A DNA stretch of 64,000 bases, taken from positions 72,576 to 136,575 of the forward strand of contig JAFZDO010000041.1 in NCBI GenBank assembly GCA_017561145.1, written 5' to 3'. Below, piece by piece: positions 1 through 9,114 of the stretch. Each line of letters starts with the position of its first letter. Position 1 is the stretch's first letter. The notes under the pieces are model-generated. The model was not told the DNA's origin. It saw only the letters and a program-made list of their open reading frames with translations, and ran no database searches. The position numbers and the translations under genes are program-made. The DNA is from Clostridia bacterium. GTDB lineage: Bacteria > Bacillota > Clostridia > Oscillospirales > CAG-382.

Positions 1-1
1 G

Positions 2-1228
2 CCCTCTTATGCAATTCAGGTATCGCTCAACACCGTCGTCGTTAAGCTTTGCGAGCAGATGGGCGTTGAAAACGTATACAACAACTTCAAAAATTACGGA
101 TATACCACGCTTGTCGATTCGGTTACCCTTTCGAACGGAACCGTGCTTTCGGATATCAACACCTCGCCGCTCGCATTGGGCGGTATGACCTACGGTGTTA
201 CCGTGCGTGAGCACACTCAGGCATATGCAACGCTTGCAAACAGCGGCATTACCTCGAAGGCGAGAACCTATTCCGAGGTGCGCGACAGCAACGGCAGAAT
301 CATCCTTGACAACAAGGAAGAGCACACCGTTAAATACCAGGAAGACACTACCGCAATACTCACCGACCTCCTCAAGGGAGTTGTTTCGGGCCCCTACGGC
401 ACCGCAAGAGCGAGAATCACCTTCTGGAAAAGCTTCGAGGGCCTTGAGGTAGCGGGAAAAACCGGTACCACCAACGACAAAAAGGACGTTTACTTTGCGG
501 GCTACACACCTGATCTTGTTGCTTGCTGCTGGTACGGATATGACCGCAATCAGGTCATCACCGCTTCGGGCAACCCTGCGGCAGACCTTTGGAACGCCGT
601 TTTCAAGGAGATCTACACCTACTACGAAAAGAACGAAATAAGCTATCAGAAGGAATTTGACGTGCCCCCTTCACTTGTGGAAAACATTGAGTTCTGCACG
701 GTTTCGGGCAAGCTTGCCACCGACGCCTGCCGAAACGACCTTAACCACATCAAGGGCGGTATCGATTGCATCGCAACGGGTCTGTTCCGCGATGACGAGG
801 TTCCCACCGAATACTGCGATGCGCACGTTATGGTACAATGGGACTCTGTTACCGGCGCCGTTTGTCTTGACGGATGCTCTTGCCCTGCGGAAAATCTTAT
901 CAGCGTAGGTCTTCGCAAGATGACGCTTGAGGACCGTCTGATTCATATCGGTGCGACCGTTACCGACGCTCAGTATCTTTATATGGACCTCCCCGAAGGT
1001 TATATCTTCCCGACAAGCCCCAACGTTCCTTTCTATCAGAACCTCTTCCCCGAAAATTACAATTTCGGTACCGCGACACCCAAAAACCCCGCAAACCGAA
1101 TCTGTCTTGAACACTATCACCCCGTAACCGATCCGACAGTACCGACAGATCCGACTGTGCCGACAGATCCGACTGTGCCGACAGACCCCAACGTTCTGCC
1201 CAACACGGAAGAACCGATAATACCCTAA
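2..1228 (+). CDS. Class A penicillin-binding protein, transpeptidase and C-terminal part (5' end outside window)
   Basis: Frame is open from base 2, so the ORF-track Met at 59 is internal. SLN (SxN) within the first 10 codons and KTGTTND (KTG box) are PBP transpeptidase motifs. Cys-rich tail, then TDPTVP repeats; terminator follows. Confidence 0.85.
   Translation, partial: PSYAIQVSLNTVVVKLCEQMGVENVYNNFKNYGYTTLVDSVTLSNGTVLSDINTSPLALGGMTYGVTVREHTQAYATLANSGITSKARTYSEVRDSNGRIILDNKEEHTVKYQEDTTAILTDLLKGVVSGPYGTARARITFWKSFEGLEVAGKTGTTNDKKDVYFAGYTPDLVACCWYGYDRNQVITASGNPAADLWNAVFKEIYTYYEKNEISYQKEFDVPPSLVENIEFCTVSGKLATDACRNDLNHIKGGIDCIATGLFRDDEVPTEYCDAHVMVQWDSVTGAVCLDGCSCPAENLISVGLRKMTLEDRLIHIGATVTDAQYLYMDLPEGYIFPTSPNVPFYQNLFPENYNFGTATPKNPANRICLEHYHPVTDPTVPTDPTVPTDPTVPTDPNVLPNTEEPIIP
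1126..1190 (+). repeat. 18-bp in-frame tandem repeat (about 3.3 copies) encoding a (TDPTVP)n linker at the PBP C-terminus
   Basis: acagatccgactgtgccg repeated head-to-tail at 1144 and 1162, with degenerate copies at 1126 and 1180. Confidence 0.9.
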
Positions 1229-1235
1229 AAACATA

Positions 1236-1266
1236 AGAAGACTGTTTAAAGCAGTCTTCTTTTTTT
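1236..1266 (+). terminator. Rho-independent terminator of PBP gene
   Basis: agaagactg / cagtcttct 9-bp stem, 7-nt loop, then T6. Confidence 0.85.
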
Positions 1267-1267
1267 G

Positions 1268-1303
1268 CAAAAAGAAAGAACAGAGAGCTTCTCTGTTCTT
1301 TTC
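1268..1303 (-). terminator. Rho-independent terminator of the YgiQ-VOC unit
   Basis: aagaacagag / ctctgttctt 10-bp stem (1276-1300); followed on the minus strand by TCTTTTT. Confidence 0.75.
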
Positions 1304-1331
1304 TTGATAATTCGATTTTTGTTACCGTTAA

Positions 1332-1718
1332 TTAATGCTCGTCGAAGAATTCAAGCAATTCTCCGTCGGGGCCAAAAACGAATGCGATGCGCATTTTTAT
1401 TACGGGCGTAGCTCCCTCGGGTGCGACCTCGCAGGGCTCACGCATGGGCTTTGCACCTGCGTCAAGCGCCGCTTGATAGGTTCCGTCTACGTCGTCGGTT
1501 TTAAATGCGAGGTGAAGAAAACGCTCGTCAACGCGTTCGCGCGATTCGCCGCGTCCGAAGATTTCGATACAGCCACCGTCACCCATATTCATCATAACGG
1601 CTCTGCCGTCTCCCTCGCCCCAACGTACTCGCTCGGTGAGTCCCAACGCCTTGTAAAATTCGACACTCTTGTCTAAATCGCTTGCATTAAGCGCGATGTG
1701 GTGAAATCCCTTTACCAT
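1332..1718 (-). CDS. VOC (glyoxalase/bleomycin-resistance/dioxygenase fold) family protein
   Basis: 128 aa. The N-terminal FHHIALNASDLDKSVEFYKALG pattern is typical of the VOC fold. Its ATG overlaps the upstream stop (TAATG at 1716-1720). Confidence 0.8.
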   Translation of the reverse strand: MVKGFHHIALNASDLDKSVEFYKALGLTERVRWGEGDGRAVMMNMGDGGCIEIFGRGESRERVDERFLHLAFKTDDVDGTYQAALDAGAKPMREPCEVAPEGATPVIKMRIAFVFGPDGELLEFFDEH

Positions 1719-3607
1719 TATCTTTTACCTCTTTTTTGGTTTTGCGTTTTTTTATTGCTCGATTTGTTGCTCGGCTTGTTGCCCGGTCTTCCGCTTTGCT
1801 TGCCGTTTGCGGGACGTTTTTGAACGTTGACCGCAGGTCGGACAAGACAATCGCGGCCGTGACCGATAAGGTCTTCCCTGCCTGCCTTGATAAGCGCTTT
1901 GCGAACGAGCGGAGCGTTTGCGGGACGCGCAAACTGAAGCAACGCGCGTTGCATCTGCTTTTCCTCGTAATCGCGCGCAACGTAGATCTCTTTCATCGTC
2001 ATCGGATCGTAGCCCGAATAGAACATACAAGTCGATGCCGTGCCCGGCGTGGGATAAAAGTCCTGAACCTGCTCGGGATTCAAATTGTTCTTCTTCAGAT
2101 AAAGCGCAAGCTCGATCGCCGATTCAAGAGTGCTGCCGGGATGGGAGGATATAAGATAAGGAACGATATATTGCTCCTTGCCGGCTTCCTTGGTGAGCGT
2201 TGCGAACTTCGCCTTGAATTTATCGTATTCCTCGATAGGCGGCTTGCCCATAAGCGCAAGCACGTCGTTACAGCAATGCTCGGGTGCGACCTTCAAATGT
2301 CCGCTTACGTGGTCGTTAACAAGCTTGCGGAAGAATTTATTGTTCTTGTCGGCGAGGATATAATCATACCGCAAGCCCGAACGTATAAACACCTTTTTGA
2401 CGCCCTTGACTGCCTCGACAGCCTTCAAAAGCTCGATATATTCGCTGTGATCGACCTGCATATTCTTGCAAACGGTCGGGGTAAGACAGTTTTTGCCCTT
2501 ACAAACGCCGTATTTTTTCGCCTTTTCGCATCCGTTGGTGCGGAAATTCGCACTCGGACCGCCGACGTCGTGGATATATCCCTTGAAATCGGGCATTTGC
2601 GTTATCTTTTCAGCCTCTGCAACGCAGGATTCGATCGAACGCGAGGTTACCGTTCTGCCCTGATGGAAGGCTATCGAGCAGAAATTGCATCCGCCGAAGC
2701 AGCCTCTGTTGTGGGTGACCGAAAATTTAACCTCTTCAATAGCGGGAACGCCGCCCATTGACTCGTATACGGGATGATAGGTTCTCATATAAGGAAGCGA
2801 ATATACCGCATCGAGCTCTTTTCTGGTAAGCGGCGGCATCGGAGGATTCTGAACGAATATCTTTTCGCCGTAGCCCTCGATTATCGCCTTGCCGTAAATA
2901 TGGTCCTGATTGTCCGACTGTATCTTATACGCTTTGGCAAATGCACGCTTATCGCTCTTTATATCGTCAAATTCGCCGCAGAATGCCGATTCGAAATGCG
3001 GCTCGAAATCTCTTTTTTCAAGGAAGCAGGTGCCGCGCACGTCACGTATTTTACGTATCGGCACACCCTTATCGAGCAAAAACGCAAGACGTCTTAAAAT
3101 ATTTTCGCCCATACCGTAGGTGAGCATATCCGCGCGCGAATCGACAAGCACGCTTCTGCGCACGCTGTCCGACCAATAATCGTAATGTGCAAAGCGGCGT
3201 GTAGATGCCTCGAGACCGCCGATAATTATCGGCACGTCCCCGAAGGCCTCACGGATTCGGTTACAATATACTATAACAGCCCTGTCGGGACGGTTGCCGA
3301 TCTTGCATCCGGGCGAATAATAATCGTCGTTGCGGCGCTTTTTCGATGCGGTGTAATGTGCCACCATCGAATCTATGTTACCGGCGTTGACCAAAAAAGC
3401 CAATCTCGGTCTGCCGAAACGCATAAAATCGGTCTTGCTTTTGTAATCGGGCTGAGGTATAATTGCAACAGAATAACCCTCCGCCTCAAGCACGCGCGAA
3501 ATTATTGCGGTGCCGAAGGAGGGATGGTCAACGTATGCATCGCCCGTAACGATAACAAAATCGGGCTGATAATCTATTTCATTCGCAAAAATAGGCAAAA
3601 ACGGCAT
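1718..3607 (-). CDS. YgiQ (UPF0313) family radical SAM protein
   Basis: 629 aa. N-terminus MPFLPIF...DFVIVTGDAYVDHPSFG and the CFGGCNFC (CxxxCxxC) cluster motif match the YgiQ family. Lys/Asn/Gln-rich basic C-tail. Confidence 0.9.
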   Translation of the reverse strand: MPFLPIFANEIDYQPDFVIVTGDAYVDHPSFGTAIISRVLEAEGYSVAIIPQPDYKSKTDFMRFGRPRLAFLVNAGNIDSMVAHYTASKKRRNDDYYSPGCKIGNRPDRAVIVYCNRIREAFGDVPIIIGGLEASTRRFAHYDYWSDSVRRSVLVDSRADMLTYGMGENILRRLAFLLDKGVPIRKIRDVRGTCFLEKRDFEPHFESAFCGEFDDIKSDKRAFAKAYKIQSDNQDHIYGKAIIEGYGEKIFVQNPPMPPLTRKELDAVYSLPYMRTYHPVYESMGGVPAIEEVKFSVTHNRGCFGGCNFCSIAFHQGRTVTSRSIESCVAEAEKITQMPDFKGYIHDVGGPSANFRTNGCEKAKKYGVCKGKNCLTPTVCKNMQVDHSEYIELLKAVEAVKGVKKVFIRSGLRYDYILADKNNKFFRKLVNDHVSGHLKVAPEHCCNDVLALMGKPPIEEYDKFKAKFATLTKEAGKEQYIVPYLISSHPGSTLESAIELALYLKKNNLNPEQVQDFYPTPGTASTCMFYSGYDPMTMKEIYVARDYEEKQMQRALLQFARPANAPLVRKALIKAGREDLIGHGRDCLVRPAVNVQKRPANGKQSGRPGNKPSNKSSNKKTQNQKRGKR

Positions 3608-3687
3608 AATTTTTCCTCATAAGTATTATATTACCTATATCTTAACACCCATAATAAAAAAAGTAAAGAAAAATTGAAAATTTCCTA

Positions 3688-3716
3688 TTGACAAATGCAA
3701 AGCCGTGTGGTATATT
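3688..3716 (+). promoter_or_regulatory. Sigma-A type promoter of the perR-rbr operon
   Basis: TTGACA (3688-3693), 17-nt spacer, TGg-TATATT extended -10 (3711-3716). Confidence 0.75.
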
Positions 3717-3721
3717 CTTAA

Positions 3722-3736
3722 TAGTAAATATTACTA
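3722..3736. promoter_or_regulatory. Fur/PerR-type operator dyad overlapping the predicted transcription start
   Basis: TAGTAA-ATA-TTACTA is a perfect 6-3-6 inverted repeat, AT-rich, starting 6 nt after the -10; a Fur-family gene lies immediately downstream. Confidence 0.55.
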
Positions 3737-3750
3737 ATAAGGAGATGCCG

Positions 3751-4149
3751 ATGATAAAAGAGCGCACTACTAAGCAAAAAACGCTTATACTTTCGGCGGT
3801 GCAGGGCACTAAAACCCACCCGACGGCAGAGCAAGTGCACGCAATGATCACCGACGTAGCACCCAATTTAAGTCTGGGCACGGTTTACCGAAACCTCAAC
3901 CGCCTTGCCGAAACGGGCATTATACGCCGCATTTCGGTTATCAACTCCCCCGACAGGTTTGACGGAGACCTTACACCCCACCATCACATCAGCTGTACCG
4001 ATTGCGGCAAATTTTGCGATTTCTTTGAAATCAATTATGATGCCGAGCTGGACAGAGTTATCGAGGCAAGAAGCGGCTTTTCGATTGCAAAGCACGAAAC
4101 CGTATTTTACGGAAAATGTCCCGAATGTAAAAATAAAGAATTAAATTAA
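3751..4149 (+). CDS. perR: Fur family transcriptional repressor, PerR-like
   Basis: MIKERTTKQK...GTVYRNLNRL winged-helix region plus CTDCG and CPEC CxxC pairs. Start moved to the ATG 6 nt after AAGGAG (ORF-track start 3688 lies in the promoter). Rubrerythrin is downstream. Confidence 0.8.
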   Translation: MIKERTTKQKTLILSAVQGTKTHPTAEQVHAMITDVAPNLSLGTVYRNLNRLAETGIIRRISVINSPDRFDGDLTPHHHISCTDCGKFCDFFEINYDAELDRVIEARSGFSIAKHETVFYGKCPECKNKELN

Positions 4150-4185
4150 AAAAATAAACCAACTATTTTAAAGGAGAAACAACAA

Positions 4186-4725
4186 ATGGAACTCAAGGGC
4201 AGCAGAACAGAACAGAATCTCATGACCGCTTTCGCAGGCGAATCTCAGGCACGTAACAAGTATACCTACTATGCAAGCGAAGCTAAAAAGGCAGGCTATA
4301 CCGTTATCGCAGACATCTTTGAAGAAACCGCTAACAACGAAAAGGAACACGCAAAGCTTTGGTTCAAGCTTCTCCACGGCGACAAGGTTCCCGATACCGC
4401 AACCAACCTTCTCGACGCAGCTGACGGCGAAAACTATGAATGGACCGATATGTATGCAAACTTTGCAAAGACCGCTAAAGAAGAAGGCTTTGACAGAATC
4501 GCATACCTCTTTGAAGCAGTAGGCAAGATCGAAAAGGAACACGAAGAAAGATATCGTGCTATCCTCGAAAAGCTCAACGCTGAAACCATCTTCGTTTCCG
4601 AAGAGGTTCAGGTTTGGATCTGCACCAACTGCGGTCACGTACACGTTGGCAAGAAGGCTCCCGAAATGTGCCCCGTTTGCCAGCATCCCAAGTCCTACTT
4701 CCAGAAGAAGGTAAACGCGTTTTAA
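4186..4725 (+). CDS. rbr: Rubrerythrin
   Basis: 179 aa. N-terminal diiron four-helix region ([29 protein letters not shown]) and a C-terminal rubredoxin-like CTNCG...CPVC. Confidence 0.9.
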   Translation: MELKGSRTEQNLMTAFAGESQARNKYTYYASEAKKAGYTVIADIFEETANNEKEHAKLWFKLLHGDKVPDTATNLLDAADGENYEWTDMYANFAKTAKEEGFDRIAYLFEAVGKIEKEHEERYRAILEKLNAETIFVSEEVQVWICTNCGHVHVGKKAPEMCPVCQHPKSYFQKKVNAF

Positions 4726-4736
4726 TTAAACCGATT

Positions 4737-4777
4737 GAAAAAAATCAAGCTTCTCGTTTGAGAAGCTTGTTTTTTTT
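4737..4777. terminator. Bidirectional terminator between rbr and the convergent ABC exporter gene
   Basis: caagcttctc-gttt-gagaagcttg 10-bp stem, flanked by an A-run upstream and T8 downstream. Confidence 0.85.
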
Positions 4778-6518
4778 ATGCCTGTATGCGATTATAAAGA
4801 CCTGCGTAAATACCGCCCTTTGCCAAGAGCTGCTCGTGGTTGCCGCGTTCTGCGATACCGTCTTGGTTGATGACCAATATCTCATCGGCGCTTTGGATCG
4901 TGGAAAGGCGGTGAGCGACGACGATAACGGTTCTGCCCTTTGCAAGACGGTCGAGAGATTGCTGTATCTGCATTTCGGTCACGTTATCGAGCGCGCTCGT
5001 TGCCTCGTCGAGTATGAGTATCGGCGGGTTTTTGAGGAATACGCGTGCGATGGAAATTCTTTGCTTCTGACCGCCCGAAAGGTTGATTCCCCTTTCGCCT
5101 ACCAGAGTGTCATAGCCCTTTTCAAGCGTCATAATGTAATCGTGGATATTGGCGCGCTTTGCCGCTTCAACAATTTCGTCATCGGTCGCATCGAGATTGC
5201 CATAGGCGATATTTTCACGCACCGTTCCCGAAAAGAGGAACACGTCTTGCGCTACGATACCGATGTTTTTGCGGAGAGAATAACGGGAAAGCTCGGTTAT
5301 ATCGATTCCGTCGACGGTGATTTTGCCGCCGTCAAGCTCGTAAAAGCGAGGTATAAGGTTACAAAGCGTTGTTTTGCCGCCGCCCGACGGGCCGACAAGC
5401 GCAACGGTTTTGCCCGAATCGATAGAAAGCGAAAGGTTTTTCAAAACGCCCTTGCCGGTGTCGCCGGTGGGATAGGAAAAGGTCACGTCGGAAAAAACGA
5501 TATCGCCCCTTGCGTTTTCAAGAACTTTTGCGTTCTCGCTTTCGGGCTCGTCTGACTTTTCCATAATTTCACGAAAACGCGAAAAGCCGGTCATGCCGTT
5601 TTGAAGCTGCTCGAAAAGTGAAATAAAGCGGTTTATCGGCTTTAACAGCATCGCCATATAAAGGATGAATGCCGCAAATTCGCCGCTGTCGATCGCAAAG
5701 CTGCTTTCGGGAGAAACGAAGCCGTTATAGAAGAACAGTCCGCCTGCGACAAGCGCGGCAAGATAGAGAAAATCGGTAAAGAAGGTCATTGCGGAATGGA
5801 ACTGTCCCATCGCCTTATAGGCAAAGCCGCGTGCTTCCTTGTATTTTTCGTTTGCCTTATCGAACTTTGCGTTTTCGTGCGATTCGCAGGTATAGGCGCG
5901 GGAAACGCGGATGCCCGAGATCGAGGTTTCGACGTTTGCGTTGACCTCCGCAACCTCCTCACGCGTTTTGGTGAATGCATCCTTCATTCTCTTTCGCATT
6001 TTTACCGAGAAGAAAACAACGAAAGGAATGAGCGCATAGATGATAAGCGTTAACCAAACGTTTATCGTCGAAAGCGCGATAAACGAGCCGATAAACATTA
6101 TTATCGAAAGGAAAAGGTCCTCGGGGCCGTGGTGCGCAAGCTCGGAAACGTCCATAAGGTCGTTAACAAGTCGCGAAAGGATCGTACCCGTTTTGTTCTC
6201 ATCGAAGAAGGAAAAGGGTAATTTTTGGAGCTTTCTGAACATATCGCGCCGCATATCGCCCTGCATTCTTACGCCGACGATGTGTCCCCAATAGGAAACG
6301 ATATAGTTAAGCACCATTTTCAACAGATAGAGCGCCAAAATGATTCCCGACCAAACCAAAAGCAAACGCAGATTGCGGTTGGGAACGTAATCGTTGATGA
6401 TATTTTTCGTGATAATGGGATAAAAAAGGTCTGTCAGCGCAATAAGAAAGGAACAGAACATATCGAACATAAACAGCTTTTTATGCGGCTTGTAGTACTT
6501 GATAAATTCCCGTATCAT
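4776..6518 (-). CDS. ABC exporter, fused permease/ATPase half-transporter (MsbA/multidrug type)
   Basis: 580 aa. Six-helix N-terminal domain, Walker A GPSGGGKTT, signature LSGGQKQR, Walker B ILILDEATSALD. Confidence 0.9.
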   Translation of the reverse strand: MIREFIKYYKPHKKLFMFDMFCSFLIALTDLFYPIITKNIINDYVPNRNLRLLLVWSGIILALYLLKMVLNYIVSYWGHIVGVRMQGDMRRDMFRKLQKLPFSFFDENKTGTILSRLVNDLMDVSELAHHGPEDLFLSIIMFIGSFIALSTINVWLTLIIYALIPFVVFFSVKMRKRMKDAFTKTREEVAEVNANVETSISGIRVSRAYTCESHENAKFDKANEKYKEARGFAYKAMGQFHSAMTFFTDFLYLAALVAGGLFFYNGFVSPESSFAIDSGEFAAFILYMAMLLKPINRFISLFEQLQNGMTGFSRFREIMEKSDEPESENAKVLENARGDIVFSDVTFSYPTGDTGKGVLKNLSLSIDSGKTVALVGPSGGGKTTLCNLIPRFYELDGGKITVDGIDITELSRYSLRKNIGIVAQDVFLFSGTVRENIAYGNLDATDDEIVEAAKRANIHDYIMTLEKGYDTLVGERGINLSGGQKQRISIARVFLKNPPILILDEATSALDNVTEMQIQQSLDRLAKGRTVIVVAHRLSTIQSADEILVINQDGIAERGNHEQLLAKGGIYAGLYNRIQA

Positions 6519-6550
6519 ATTTTCTTCTCTCCGAAATAAACTTCCCTTTA

Positions 6551-6578
6551 ATTATACTGCATTTGAAAATTTTGTCAA
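6551..6578 (-). promoter_or_regulatory. Promoter of ABC exporter gene
   Basis: On the minus strand: TTGACA (6578-6573), 16-nt spacer, TATAAT (6556-6551). Confidence 0.7.
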
Positions 6579-6579
6579 T

Positions 6580-6610
6580 AAAAAGGAGCTTCGTTTTCGA
6601 ACGAAGCTCC
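6580..6610 (-). terminator. Terminator of DUF805 gene
   Basis: ggagcttcgtt-ttcg-aacgaagctcc 11-bp stem with a TTCG loop; T5 follows on the minus strand. Confidence 0.85.
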
Positions 6611-6615
6611 AAAAT

Positions 6616-7113
6616 TTATTCAACGTCAAATCTCGAAACGTAGGGTTTTTCCTCTTCGGCGTCCTCATCGATTTCTTGCTTGGGGTCGCGTCCGAATTTG
6701 TTCTTGCCGACGTTACCCTTTTCCGCCATCCAGATGATAAAGATTATCGAGCATGCGGCGGAAACGATCGTATTCAAAATGCCGCCCAAGCCGACTGCCG
6801 CAAGTATACTCGAAACGGCATAAGGGAGATATTTGATGAACAAATGGAAGATTCCCCTGCCCGTGTCGTGCAATCTTCTTATCGTGATAGCCAGGGTCGG
6901 AACGAGCGAAAGAAACGCATAAGCAACGCAAATTATCCAAGCGAAAACGGTCAGCGTTGTCGACGCGAAGTAACTGCAAAGCACGGCAATTCCCGTCGTA
7001 ACCGACATAACGATAAGATCGCAAAGCGAATACAGCCAGTAATCGCGTCGACGCGTTCTTCCGTCCCAACGCTTCCATTTTTTAAGTCCTTCGATATATG
7101 CACGTATCATCAA
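6616..7113 (-). CDS. DUF805 family inner-membrane protein
   Basis: 165 aa. GRTRRRDYWLY motif followed by several hydrophobic helices, as in the DUF805/YhaH family. Confidence 0.75.
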   Translation of the reverse strand: MMIRAYIEGLKKWKRWDGRTRRRDYWLYSLCDLIVMSVTTGIAVLCSYFASTTLTVFAWIICVAYAFLSLVPTLAITIRRLHDTGRGIFHLFIKYLPYAVSSILAAVGLGGILNTIVSAACSIIFIIWMAEKGNVGKNKFGRDPKQEIDEDAEEEKPYVSRFDVE

Positions 7114-7146
7114 GTCACAACCCTTTCTAACGCATGAGACTAAGGC

Positions 7147-7175
7147 ATTGTATCATACCGTTTAAATTTTGTCAA
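7147..7175 (-). promoter_or_regulatory. Promoter of DUF805 gene
   Basis: Minus strand: TTGACA (7175-7170), 17-nt spacer, TGa-TACAAT (7152-7147). Confidence 0.7.
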
Positions 7176-7182
7176 TACACAC

Positions 7183-7211
7183 TTGACAAAATAAGGAAAT
7201 CATTATATTAT
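7183..7211 (+). promoter_or_regulatory. Promoter of Gfo/Idh/MocA oxidoreductase gene
   Basis: TTGACA (7183-7188), 17-nt spacer, TATTAT (7206-7211); back-to-back with the divergent promoter. Confidence 0.7.
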
Positions 7212-7230
7212 CAAGGTAGTGAAATAATTT

Positions 7231-7245
7231 TGTTGTAATACAACA
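7231..7245. promoter_or_regulatory. Candidate repressor operator (perfect 7-1-7 palindrome) in the 5' leader of the oxidoreductase gene
   Basis: TGTTGTA-A-TACAACA lies between the -10 and the AAAGGAG ribosome-binding site. Confidence 0.5.
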
Positions 7246-7261
7246 TAAAAAGGAGCTAACA

Positions 7262-8323
7262 ATGGAAAAATTAAGAATTGCCATTATCGGCACAGGCGGT
7301 ATCAGTAACAGCCACATGGGCGGTTACAAAGCCATACCCGACAAATGCGAAGTAGTTGCGGTCTGCGACCTTGACGAAAATAAGGCCAAGAACTATGCTA
7401 ACGCATATAACGTACCCGCATATTACACCGATTTTAACGAAATGTTCGCAAAGGAAAAGATAGATGCCGTTTCGGTTTGTACCTGGAATTCCTCGCACGC
7501 GCCCGCGACTATTGCCGCGCTCAACGCAGGCTGTCACGTCATTTGCGAAAAGCCTATGGCTATGAACACCGAAGAAGCAGAGGCTATGCTTGCGGCTGCA
7601 AAGGCTAACAATAAGGTGCTTATGGTCGGCTTCGTCCGCCGTTTCGGTAACGATGCAGATCTTATCCGTCAATTCAGCGACGGCGGTACCTTGGGCGACC
7701 TTTATTATGCAAAAGCAACCTATCTTCGCCGTAACGGCTGCCCCGGCGGCTGGTTCGGTGATAAGGAATATGCAGGCGGCGGTCCTCTTATCGACCTCGG
7801 CGTGCACGTTATCGACCTTGTTCGCTTCCTTGCAGGTAACCCCAAGCCCGTTTCGGCTTACGGCGTGACCTATAACAACCTCGATCCCAACCGTGCAGGC
7901 GGCGGCGAAAGCTGGGTTTCCACCACAAAGGGTCACAACTTTAAATATGACGTTGAAGAAATGGCTGCTGCAATGATTCGCTTTGATAACGGCCTTACCC
8001 TTTCGGTTGAAGCATCCTTCAAGCTCAATATTAAGAACGACCGCGGCGAGATCGAGCTCTTCGGCACCAAGGCAGGCGCAAAGATCGATCCGAACGTTGA
8101 ATTCTTCGGTGATATGAACGGCAGATTCGTTAATATCAAGCCGAGCGGCAATACCGCACTTTCATTCGACGGTCTTTTCGCACGCGAGATCAACCACTTC
8201 GTTGAATGCTGCTTCGGCAACTGCGAATGCATCTCTCCCGCTGAGGACGGCGTTGTTCTTATGAAGATTCTTGACGCTATTTACGAATCGGCAAGAACCG
8301 GTCACGAAGTAATTATTAAGTAA
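7262..8323 (+). CDS. Gfo/Idh/MocA family NAD(P)-dependent oxidoreductase
   Basis: 353 aa. N-terminal Rossmann motif IAIIGTGGIS and the EKPMA motif typical of the family. Confidence 0.9.
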   Translation: MEKLRIAIIGTGGISNSHMGGYKAIPDKCEVVAVCDLDENKAKNYANAYNVPAYYTDFNEMFAKEKIDAVSVCTWNSSHAPATIAALNAGCHVICEKPMAMNTEEAEAMLAAAKANNKVLMVGFVRRFGNDADLIRQFSDGGTLGDLYYAKATYLRRNGCPGGWFGDKEYAGGGPLIDLGVHVIDLVRFLAGNPKPVSAYGVTYNNLDPNRAGGGESWVSTTKGHNFKYDVEEMAAAMIRFDNGLTLSVEASFKLNIKNDRGEIELFGTKAGAKIDPNVEFFGDMNGRFVNIKPSGNTALSFDGLFAREINHFVECCFGNCECISPAEDGVVLMKILDAIYESARTGHEVIIK

Positions 8324-8332
8324 TTTTTCAAA

Positions 8333-8366
8333 ACAAAAAAGGCTGTTAAATACAGCCTTTTTTATT
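8333..8366. terminator. Bidirectional terminator
   Basis: aaggctgt-taaata-acagcctt stem flanked by A-run and T-run; overlaps the stop codon of the minus-strand gene. Confidence 0.8.
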
Positions 8367-9032
8367 TTCTTTTGTTTTATCGTAAATGCGTTCACCGATA
8401 TACCCGATCAGTGCAACAACGACCGCAACTGCGATACCTGCATAAACGTCGAGGATGCTGTGTTGCTTGATAAACACGGTTGACGCCGATATCATCACGC
8501 ACCAGATGCCCGAAAGGATCTTGGCATACACGCTTTTGCACATCGTCTTGCTTTGCAATATCACAAAAAACATCGCAAAGGATATCGAAACGTGCATTGA
8601 GGGCATAACGTTTCTCGGAGGAGTGTCGGCGTTATAGATGATCTTTACCATATCGATAAGGATATTGTCCCTGCCGAGTGAATCGAAATCGGGCCTTAAC
8701 GCCATATCGATTCCGTTGGGAACAAAGGTGCAGATAAACATCGGTATCAGCATCGCTCCCATAAGCACGAGATTCGACCGCAAAAATTCACGTCGGTCGC
8801 TTTTGAAAAGCGGATATATAACGATAGCCGCAATACAGAAATACCAGGTGCAATAAGGGATTATAAACCATTCGCAAAAAGGTATATCCGCATCGAGCGG
8901 ACTTTCTATAAGCAAAACGTTATCGTCAAGATATCCTATGCGCAAAAGCTCGTACCACACCGAATGGAATATCCAATACAGCAATATTACGCTGTATTTA
9001 TGCGCTTTTATGTAATCTTTAATCAATTTCAT
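8346..9032 (-). CDS. PAP2-superfamily (sphingomyelin-synthase-like PAP2_C) membrane protein
   Basis: Multi-pass membrane protein with PSMHVS and HSILD motifs resembling PAP2 C2/C3 boxes. Start set at the ATG after GAGG (MKLIKD); the ORF-track start is 12 nt upstream. Confidence 0.6.
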   Translation of the reverse strand: MKLIKDYIKAHKYSVILLYWIFHSVWYELLRIGYLDDNVLLIESPLDADIPFCEWFIIPYCTWYFCIAAIVIYPLFKSDRREFLRSNLVLMGAMLIPMFICTFVPNGIDMALRPDFDSLGRDNILIDMVKIIYNADTPPRNVMPSMHVSISFAMFFVILQSKTMCKSVYAKILSGIWCVMISASTVFIKQHSILDVYAGIAVAVVVALIGYIGERIYDKTKENKKGCI

Positions 9033-9114
9033 AATATGCCTCAAATGTCGGCTTTTGTCGTATCTTGAGAATTATAACACTTTTTTAACATTTTTGCAAT
9101 AGTTATCGGTGTTT

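Noticed and set aside
7167-7191. Perfect 9-bp inverted repeat TTTTGTCAA-N7-TTGACAAAA, which looks like a strong operator.
   Set aside because: It is fully explained by two back-to-back consensus -35 hexamers (TTGACA) of divergent promoters, each with a correctly spaced -10. No extra regulatory function needs to be invoked.
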